From a bacterium (GTDB taxonomy: Bacteria > SAR324 > NAC60-12), in contig CBDDTI010000746.1 in the NCBI GenBank assembly GCA_965233585.1, positions 544,001 through 608,000 on the forward strand: 64,000 nucleotides of DNA. Reading direction: 5' to 3'. Within the stretch, counting starts at the first letter, position 1; each line of letters begins with the position of its first letter. This document shows positions 56,592 through 64,000 of this stretch, one piece after another. A program made the position numbers and the translations under genes. A model generated the notes under the pieces. The model worked only from the letters and a program-made list of their open reading frames with translations. It had not been told where the DNA came from and did not search any database.

Positions 56592-57181
56592 GACATGACC
56601 TTTTTTAACCTTGTTTTTGACTTAAAATTCCCATCATTTGCAAGATTCCACAACAAGAATGCAATGAAATGAAGACTAAAAATAAGCCCAGTGACCACAA
56701 TATCAAATCAAACATAGCAAAAATTATTTCATGTTATCACACATTTTGCACATCAAAAAATCCCAACTTCTTTCATATTTCCAATTTCCTCTTTCCATTC
56801 TTTTTTGATTGGTATTAAAATAAGCAACGTCTTTCGCAAGGTTTGAAAATTGATTATTTTTTAAAATGATGATTTCAGCATCTCAAAAAACTTTAACTAT
56901 TAAACTTAAAATATTGAGTTTTTTCTGTCTCATTTGACTGGGCTACAAGAATGTCTCAATTCATAGTATTTTCCCAAAAACATCATCTGTGAGTTGTTGA
57001 ACTTAACAAGATTTGAGAGGGAACTGTGTCATCAAATTTCATACAGCAATCTAAGCGTAAGTGATTCATTTTCATCATCTTTTTAAAAAAATTTAAAAAT
57101 TAAAAAAAGGAGTTGACTTTCAAAAAAAATGTATTATAATGACTTTTTAAAATTTTCTATTTTTAACTTTATTTGCAATTT

Positions 57182-58474
57182 ATGAAAAAAATATTAACTA
57201 TTCTAATGGCTTGCACAGGTTTTTATTCCGTTTCTTTGGCGCAGTTGATCATTGAGAGACCAGAAGTTGAAGAACTTGAGCTTTCTTACTTCATCTATCC
57301 AATCGCTTACACAGTGCCAGGAGTTGGGACAGGAACAGGGGTGGGGGCAAGTTTGCTTTATGGGGATTTTAACTTCACTGTCGCACAGATTCGCGGGACG
57401 TGGGATTTTGACTCCATTCTCCTGAAAGACATACCATTGTTTTTCACGCAACAAGTCACACTTTCATTTGCTTGGGCTCACTTACGCAACGGAAAATTTA
57501 CCCTTTATGATAGGGGCATTGATTCTGCTGAGGAGCCTTTGCTAGATGTAGAACTGGAAGATTCAAGGGCAACAGGGCTGGAGCTTTCATTTTATTTTCT
57601 GCAAAGGCAGGTGCAACTCTATACAGGGTATTCCGTCAATGTGATTAAGATTAAAGAATTTCACGAGAGAGAGGTTGATGACTTTGAAACAACATATTTA
57701 CAGCAAGCAAATATTTTAAAAATTAATGACGTTTATAAACCTGTCATTGTTCGGTATGGTTTGCGTTGGGACAATACAGATGACCCCATTGACAGAAGAG
57801 AAGGGTTTGACCTTCGTTACGAACAGTATAGTTCTCTGTTTGATTTTATAATGACCTTTAAAATTCATGACTATTCACTCTCATATTACTTGCCTTTTGA
57901 AGGCAAAAGGTCTGTCTTAGCCACCAATTTATTTTATTCTCGTTCTGAATCATCAACCAAAGGAGATTTTCTGTTTACCCGAAGCCAAGAAGGAGATAGA
58001 AATGAATGTGTCTTGAAAGTCTTAGCAGGAGAAGAAGACAATTATGATTCATCAGTGTTGACTCCAGAGGAGTTTTGCTCAATTCCAGACGCGGGGATTG
58101 ACCATTATTTAAGATTTGAAAGGCAGAACCCTGTTGGGGCAACAACACTGGGGGGAAGTAGCCGTTTAAGGAGTTACCCTGTCTCAAGGTTTTGGGATAC
58201 CCACTCTGCATACTTCGGGGTAGAGTACCGTTGGTATTTTGCAGAAAATGCGTTTGACTTCAACTGGATTATTGAAAGGGGTTTGTTTAAAGCGATGCAA
58301 CTTGCAATTTTTTGGGACACTGGAAGTGTCTCGCCTGATGGTAACTTTGACAAATTTAAAGACTCTGTTGGGGTTGGGTATCGTATCGTTTTAGGAGGAG
58401 TGATCCTTCGTATGGATTACGCAACAGGTTCTGAGGGAGACCAGTTTATTGCTTTTTTTGGGCATCCATTTTAA
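57182..58474 (+). CDS. Omp85-like outer-membrane barrel without POTRA domains (paralog of 22567-23808)
   Basis: Signal peptide, YPIAYTVPGVG, DNTDDPIDRREG, LGGSSRLRSY, GVGYR...LRMDYA, terminal GHPF. Confidence 0.75.
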   Translation: MKKILTILMACTGFYSVSLAQLIIERPEVEELELSYFIYPIAYTVPGVGTGTGVGASLLYGDFNFTVAQIRGTWDFDSILLKDIPLFFTQQVTLSFAWAHLRNGKFTLYDRGIDSAEEPLLDVELEDSRATGLELSFYFLQRQVQLYTGYSVNVIKIKEFHEREVDDFETTYLQQANILKINDVYKPVIVRYGLRWDNTDDPIDRREGFDLRYEQYSSLFDFIMTFKIHDYSLSYYLPFEGKRSVLATNLFYSRSESSTKGDFLFTRSQEGDRNECVLKVLAGEEDNYDSSVLTPEEFCSIPDAGIDHYLRFERQNPVGATTLGGSSRLRSYPVSRFWDTHSAYFGVEYRWYFAENAFDFNWIIERGLFKAMQLAIFWDTGSVSPDGNFDKFKDSVGVGYRIVLGGVILRMDYATGSEGDQFIAFFGHPF

Positions 58475-58504
58475 TTAATTTTATTTATTTTAAGAGGTTC
58501 GTTT

Positions 58505-59536
58505 ATGTTACTTTTGAATCATCACACCCGAATTTGGATTTTGTTGGTTGTCTCTTTTCTTGCTTCATCATGTGGTTTCCCAGACCTGGGCGGAGAAACA
58601 AGTCAAGTTCCAAGAGACAAAGAGTTTGTTCAAGGGAATCGTTACAGAGATTTTACGCTTGCCAACCCACTGCAAAATGCAGGGTTTACAGGGATTATTC
58701 GTTTTGATGTTCCTGTAACAGTGAGCAAGCCTGAAAGTTTTCTAAGTGTTCAAAATGCAACACTGTTTTCCCCCAGAAGTTCTGCAGCTGGGTCAGATGC
58801 AGACGCTGAAAATGCCCAAATCATCATTCCTATTAGAAACACTAGCGACAGAGGGTACTGCAACATTCTTGCGTTTAATGTCAAATCCAGTTACCGCAAA
58901 CCGAAAGAAAATAATATTTTGCCTGTACAAGGCAGTTACGGCTTTCATTTCTCCTATTCCAACTCTTGCTTAGCAGCAGGTGAAACGGGTTATATTCTTG
59001 CAGAAACCGTGGTGGGTGGTGGGAATACAACGGGAGTCACCCTTTCTATTGAATCATTCTCATATAGCAAAGAGATCTTTTATCAACCTGACTCGCTTGT
59101 TGTACCAACAAAAATTACTGCCCCTGTGAACCCTGGAAATGAATTGACAGGTTTGGAGATCACTTTAGGCTACAAACTGGTTTCAGGAGATATAGAAAGA
59201 GAACTCTTCATTTTGTCTGATTCTAAGTTTTTTGAAAAAAACATTTCTAATTCTGAGAAGACCATCGGTAAACCCACACCTGTTGCTATCTTCTTTGATA
59301 CCAACAACAGACCCATTTTTTACACCGCATTTTTTGCTGACGGTGATGATGAAGACAAAACACATCTTGTCATGGAAAATGGAGACTCTAAAACTTTGAA
59401 AATGCCCTCCCAGTCCAAAGTTCCTCTGCGCAACACCAATCAAACTGTCAATAGAGTCCGTGTGTATAGTGCCTTTAGTATTGGGGACACCACAAAAGGG
59501 CTTCTTGAAGCCCAAGAACAAGAGAATGCACAATGA
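58505..59536 (+). CDS. Hypothetical beta-rich lipoprotein
   Basis: Lipobox LASSC; starts 30 nt after the Omp85-like gene. Confidence 0.75.
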   Translation: MLLLNHHTRIWILLVVSFLASSCGFPDLGGETSQVPRDKEFVQGNRYRDFTLANPLQNAGFTGIIRFDVPVTVSKPESFLSVQNATLFSPRSSAAGSDADAENAQIIIPIRNTSDRGYCNILAFNVKSSYRKPKENNILPVQGSYGFHFSYSNSCLAAGETGYILAETVVGGGNTTGVTLSIESFSYSKEIFYQPDSLVVPTKITAPVNPGNELTGLEITLGYKLVSGDIERELFILSDSKFFEKNISNSEKTIGKPTPVAIFFDTNNRPIFYTAFFADGDDEDKTHLVMENGDSKTLKMPSQSKVPLRNTNQTVNRVRVYSAFSIGDTTKGLLEAQEQENAQ

Positions 59537-59602
59537 TAAACCTTGTTACTTTTAAAAGGACGGGTTACAATGTGGAGTTTTGCCTTTTGAAAGTTTCAAA
59601 GT

Positions 59603-60835
59603 ATGAAATTAGATGTAGAGAAAAGGGAGGGTCTTCATAGATTGCTCACTGTTCATATCCCCGCCCAAGAGATGGCTCAAACTTACAACAATGCGTGGCA
59701 AGCCGCACGTTCTACAAAATTACGAGGGTTTAGACAGGGGAAGTTCCCCAAAGGTTTTTTAGAAAAGCAATTTAGGGGGCGTGTAGAGTCAGAACTCTAC
59801 AACCAGCTCATTCCCAAAATCCTACAAGAATCAGAAAAACAATATCACCTGAACCGAGTCACTCAAGCTCAGATTGAAGAGCTACAATTTGACAGAAAAC
59901 AGCCACTTGAATGTAAAATGACTTTTGAGGTTAGACCAGAGTTTCCTGACTTAGACTTGACACAAATTGAAGTAGAAACTCCATCTATTGAAGTTTCAGA
60001 AGATGAAAAAAAGGAGCAACTTGAGTCTATCCTACAAGAATTTGGAAGTTACCAAGACAAAAAAGAAGCTATTGGATTGGGTGATTTTGTGACACTGGAT
60101 TGGACTAGAAAAGAAGATGATGAGGTGGATGTTCAGGAGGATCAGTTTATCAAAGTCGGCTCATCTCTTCCTGAAGAGATACGTAAGAATTTGATTGGTA
60201 TGAAAGAAAATGAACAAAAAGAGTTTGCATTCAAACAAGGAGAGTCAAACGTTGACCTAAGTTTGACCGTTAAAAAGGTTCAGTTTCTGGAACTGCCTGA
60301 ATTGACCGAAGACATCTTGGCAAAATTGAATGTCAAAAATGCTGAGGAATTAGAACAATCTGTGCAACAAAAGATTTATCAAGACAAGGAAAGAGAGGCG
60401 AGGAAGTCCGCTTACCAAACTTTGCGAGAGAGACTTGGAGAGATTTACAAAGAAACCGCTATCCCAGAAACTCCTGTTAAGCAACACAAAGAAAGCCTTC
60501 AAAGAGAGAACACCCCAGCAAATGCTGCTCAGGATATAGAAAAAGAGTTAGACAAGTTTCAGCAGTCGTTACGTGTGAAATATGCACTTGAAGACTTGTT
60601 TGAGAAACAAAAACTGGCTCTGCATCAAGAACGTTGCGAACAACTATTTGTCAACCTTTGTTATATGTACGGGCAGCAACCTGATGAATTTATCAAAACA
60701 GAAAGGGGTCTTTCAACTTATTTCAGTATTCAAAACTCTGTTAGAGAGGAAGTGGCACTTGATTTCATCTTAGACCAAAAGTGGGATTCTGCCTTTCATA
60801 CGGCCTCCTTTGCCAAAACTGCTCAAGACATTTAA
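59603..60835 (+). CDS. tig: Trigger factor
   Basis: GFRQGKFP ribosome-binding motif; position upstream of clpPX. Confidence 0.9.
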   Translation: MKLDVEKREGLHRLLTVHIPAQEMAQTYNNAWQAARSTKLRGFRQGKFPKGFLEKQFRGRVESELYNQLIPKILQESEKQYHLNRVTQAQIEELQFDRKQPLECKMTFEVRPEFPDLDLTQIEVETPSIEVSEDEKKEQLESILQEFGSYQDKKEAIGLGDFVTLDWTRKEDDEVDVQEDQFIKVGSSLPEEIRKNLIGMKENEQKEFAFKQGESNVDLSLTVKKVQFLELPELTEDILAKLNVKNAEELEQSVQQKIYQDKEREARKSAYQTLRERLGEIYKETAIPETPVKQHKESLQRENTPANAAQDIEKELDKFQQSLRVKYALEDLFEKQKLALHQERCEQLFVNLCYMYGQQPDEFIKTERGLSTYFSIQNSVREEVALDFILDQKWDSAFHTASFAKTAQDI

Positions 60836-60860
60836 CATTCAATACTTCATTCTTTAGACT

Positions 60861-61448
60861 ATGCCTTTAATTCCAATAGTCATTGAGCAAACTGGTCGTG
60901 GCGAACGTTCCTTTGACATCTACTCCAGACTCCTCAAAGATCGCATCATTTTTCTCGGCACTCCCATTGATGACCACACTGCCAATCTTGTCATTGCACA
61001 GTTGTTATTTTTACAATCAGAAGACAGCGAAATGGACATTTCCATTTATATCAACTGTCCCGGCGGTTCAGTGAGTGCAGGCATGGCGATCTATGACACC
61101 ATGCAATATGTCTCCCCTGACGTCAAAACAATCTGTATAGGTCAAGCGGCAAGTATGGGAGCTGTGTTATTGGCAGCAGGAAGTCCAAACAAGCGATATT
61201 CACTTCCTCATGCAAGAATCTTGTTGCACCAAGTGGTGGGACAATTTGGGGGACAAGCCTCTGACATTGACATTCAGGCACAAGAAATCCTTCGTGTCAA
61301 AAATGTGTTGAATGCAATCCTTGCTAAACACACGGGGAAGTCCACAGAACAAATAGACATTGACACACAGCGAGATTACTACTTTTCTGCAGAAGAAAGT
61401 CAAGAGTACGGAATTATTGACGAAATTTATCAAACCATGCCTTCCTAA
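60861..61448 (+). CDS. clpP: ATP-dependent Clp protease proteolytic subunit
   Basis: [27 protein letters not shown]. Confidence 0.98.
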   Translation: MPLIPIVIEQTGRGERSFDIYSRLLKDRIIFLGTPIDDHTANLVIAQLLFLQSEDSEMDISIYINCPGGSVSAGMAIYDTMQYVSPDVKTICIGQAASMGAVLLAAGSPNKRYSLPHARILLHQVVGQFGGQASDIDIQAQEILRVKNVLNAILAKHTGKSTEQIDIDTQRDYYFSAEESQEYGIIDEIYQTMPS

Positions 61449-61458
61449 AATAGATGTT

Positions 61459-62706
61459 ATGATTGGAAATGATAACCCTACCATCCATTGTTCTTTTTGT
61501 GGTAAGAATCAAAGTGAAGTTTTTAAGATCATTTCAGGACAGGGTGTTTATATCTGCAATGATTGTGTGGATTTGTGCATTGATATTTTGCAAGAAGACC
61601 CAGGAGAAGACTTAAAAACGCCAGACGGAAAAAAATTACTACCCCCAATGGAGATTAAGAAGTTTCTTGACTCTTATATTGTGGGACAAGAACGAGCCAA
61701 AAAATCCTTAGCAGTTGCTGTTTACAACCACTACAAACGTTGCAATTTTAATAAATCAAATCGCTCCATTGAGCTACAAAAAAGTAATATCTTGCTCATT
61801 GGACCAACAGGTACTGGCAAGACACTTCTTGCCCAAACTCTTGCCAAAGTCCTTGACGTTCCTTTTGCGATTGCTGATGCAACCACTTTGACAGAGGCTG
61901 GATATGTTGGAGAAGATGTAGAAAATGTCGTTCTCAAATTATTACAGAATGCAGACCATGACATAGAACGAGCAGAAAAAGGAATCATTTATATTGACGA
62001 GATTGACAAGATTGTTCGCAAAAGTGAAGGCGTGTCTATCACGCGTGATGTCTCTGGTGAAGGCGTCCAACAAGCATTGCTTAAAATCATTGAAGGCATG
62101 ACAACTAACCTGCCACCTCAAGGGGGCAGAAAACATCCCGAACAGGATTACACGCAAATAGACACCAGCAACATTCTCTTTATTTGTGGTGGGGCATTCG
62201 TCGGTTTAGAAGATTTAATCCATCGCAGAATTGGTCAAAAATCCATAGGCTTCGGTGAGATTCATCAAAACAAAAAAGAAACGACCGACATCTTAGCCCA
62301 AGTTGAACCTGAAGATTTTTCAAAATATGGGTTGATTCCTGAATTTATTGGACGACTGCCTATTGTTGCGATTTTGGAAGAACTAGACGAAAACGATCTT
62401 GTTCAGATTTTGCAAGAGCCTAAAAATGCCATCATCAAACAATATCAAAAACTTCTGGAAATGGACGGCATCAAGCTCAGTTTTTCAGAAGGCTCCGTCC
62501 GTGCTATCGCACAAGAAGCCATTAAACGTAAAACTGGGGCAAGAGGTTTGAGGTCTATATTAGAATCTATTATGCTAGATGTGATGTATGAAGCACCTTC
62601 TAACTCTAAAGTGAAAGAATGTCGGATCAGTAGCTCTGTCATTTTAAAAGGCACACGCCCCCGATTGATTCAAAGAAAACCCACGAAAAAAATTAAATTT
62701 GGATAA
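61459..62706 (+). CDS. clpX: ATP-dependent Clp protease ATPase subunit
   Basis: CSFCGK zinc finger, [25 protein letters not shown] loop, TGARGLR. Confidence 0.98.
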   Translation: MIGNDNPTIHCSFCGKNQSEVFKIISGQGVYICNDCVDLCIDILQEDPGEDLKTPDGKKLLPPMEIKKFLDSYIVGQERAKKSLAVAVYNHYKRCNFNKSNRSIELQKSNILLIGPTGTGKTLLAQTLAKVLDVPFAIADATTLTEAGYVGEDVENVVLKLLQNADHDIERAEKGIIYIDEIDKIVRKSEGVSITRDVSGEGVQQALLKIIEGMTTNLPPQGGRKHPEQDYTQIDTSNILFICGGAFVGLEDLIHRRIGQKSIGFGEIHQNKKETTDILAQVEPEDFSKYGLIPEFIGRLPIVAILEELDENDLVQILQEPKNAIIKQYQKLLEMDGIKLSFSEGSVRAIAQEAIKRKTGARGLRSILESIMLDVMYEAPSNSKVKECRISSSVILKGTRPRLIQRKPTKKIKFG

Positions 62707-62709
62707 ACC

Positions 62710-63690
62710 ATGTATGACATTTGTATCATAGGAAGCCCTATTATTGACATTCTCGCTTGCGTTCCTGATTCTTTTTTGCCAGAACATGCTTTGGAAAAAG
62801 ACCGCATGTATCTCATTGAACAAGATCAAAAAAATAAGCTAGCTAATGATTTGGAAGTCTTGAATATCCCAACGCAGCAAGCCCCTGGAGGTTCTGCCGC
62901 AAATACTGCAAAGGGCATCGCACTTTTTGGAAAAAAGGTGGCGTTTAATGGCAAGGTCGGGTCAGATGAAAATGCAACAATCTACCAAAACAAGATGAAA
63001 GCATGTGGTGTGGACGTCTTTTTATCCTCAGGGGAAAGAGACACGGCTGCCTCTACAATTTTAATTACAGACGATTCCGCACGCACCATGAATACTTATC
63101 TTGGTTCTGCTCAAGATTTTGCTAAAGATGATGTTGCAGTTGATGCTATCTCGCAATCAAAGTACCTCTACATTGAAGGGTATCAATGGGACACTGAAGC
63201 ACAAAAAGAAGCTGTTCGTTATGCAATCAAGATTGCCAAGGAACATGACGTCAAAGTCAGTATCAGCCTTTCAGATTTGTTTTGTGTGGAAAGGCATCAT
63301 CAGTCATTTCAAGATTTATTACCCGACCTTGATTTAGTGTTTTGTAACTACGATGAAGCCAAAGCATTGACTTCCCAAAAAGATGTCAAAGATGCCCTGA
63401 ATTTTCTGACAAAACGAACTGCGATTGCCGTCATCACTTTAGGGGCAGATGGTGTGATTGCAGGACAAGGTCAAGTCGTGGAACATGTCAAGGCACTGCC
63501 AAGTCATGTCATTGATACAACAGGGGCAGGAGATTCATTTGCTGCAGGTTTTTTCTATGGCATTTTAACGAATCAATCATTAGCCAAATCTGCACAGATG
63601 GGAGCATTTCTAGCATCAAAAGTGATTGAAGTGATTGGTCCTCAATATCCTGATAACTTGATGACACAATTTCAAAAATCCTTTTCCTAA
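62710..63690 (+). CDS. PfkB-family carbohydrate/nucleoside (adenosine-like) kinase
   Basis: GGSAANT, RTMNTYLG, DTTGAGDSFAAGF. Confidence 0.92.
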   Translation: MYDICIIGSPIIDILACVPDSFLPEHALEKDRMYLIEQDQKNKLANDLEVLNIPTQQAPGGSAANTAKGIALFGKKVAFNGKVGSDENATIYQNKMKACGVDVFLSSGERDTAASTILITDDSARTMNTYLGSAQDFAKDDVAVDAISQSKYLYIEGYQWDTEAQKEAVRYAIKIAKEHDVKVSISLSDLFCVERHHQSFQDLLPDLDLVFCNYDEAKALTSQKDVKDALNFLTKRTAIAVITLGADGVIAGQGQVVEHVKALPSHVIDTTGAGDSFAAGFFYGILTNQSLAKSAQMGAFLASKVIEVIGPQYPDNLMTQFQKSFS

Positions 63691-63700
63691 AATTTGAAGA

Positions 63701-64000
63701 TTGCTTCCAGAATTATTGGCACCTGCTGGCAATCTGCAAAAGCTCAAAACTGCTGTTTTGTATGGTGCAAATGCCGTTTATTTGTCAGGTCAAAACTTCA
63801 GTTTACGTGCAGGGTCTGATAACTTTTCTCATTCAGAATTACAAGATGCCATTGCTTTCACAAGACAGCATGGCGTCAAACTCTACGTTGCTCTCAACGC
63901 TTTTTCCCATGATTCAGACTTTGAAGGATTAGCTGACTACGTTCGGTTTTTAGACAGCTTGAACATTGATGCTGCTATCGTCTCTGACCTTGGCATGATT
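63701..64000 (+). CDS. U32-family protein (TrhP/YegQ-like), partial; not in the ORF track
   Basis: From TTG 63701: LPELLAPAGNLQKLKTAVLYGANAVYLSGQNFSLRA; open to the window end. Confidence 0.9.
   Translation, partial: MLPELLAPAGNLQKLKTAVLYGANAVYLSGQNFSLRAGSDNFSHSELQDAIAFTRQHGVKLYVALNAFSHDSDFEGLADYVRFLDSLNIDAAIVSDLGMI

Noticed and set aside
56592..57112. CRP sites or an ncRNA in the long intergenic region (sought because of the cAMP-producing PAC)
   Set aside because: No convincing TGTGA-N6-TCACA match or stable structure found by eye.
59537..59602. tRNA gene upstream of tig (a common arrangement)
   Set aside because: The gap is only 66 bp and holds a promoter-like TTGTTA-17-TACAAT; no cloverleaf.

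Overview
AT-rich bacterial chromosomal window. The style of the core proteins suggests a deltaproteobacteria-like lineage such as SAR324; this is inference, not a database result. Most of it is housekeeping genes in fragmented operons: nuoABCD+H, flgFGAH under a consensus sigma54 promoter, a lone motA plus a separate motAB pair, fliR, gmhA, ubiD, pabB, pgk, ispB, guaA, speB, dctPQM, tatD, rmlC, tig-clpP-clpX. Accessory highlights: (1) a compact BLUF-adenylyl cyclase (bPAC/OaPAC-type photoactivated cyclase) directly after msrAB. (2) A divergent module in which a sigma54 enhancer-binding protein, tandem palindromic sites and a -24/-12 promoter appear to drive a tiny SutA-like RNA-polymerase-binding protein. 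(3) A ~1230-aa lipoprotein (FN3, jelly-roll, six-bladed Kelch, jelly-roll) with loop-restricted repeat variation, behind a poly-T promoter spacer and a hairpin/terminator leader. (4) Two POTRA-less Omp85-like barrels, one paired with an orphan lipoprotein. (5) An Rpn nuclease with tandem C-terminal repeats next to two small membrane peptides. (6) GTCATT-type REP palindromes, an IS1-family element, and several short duplication scars and gene remnants. No rRNA, tRNA, CRISPR array or reverse transcriptase was recognised.
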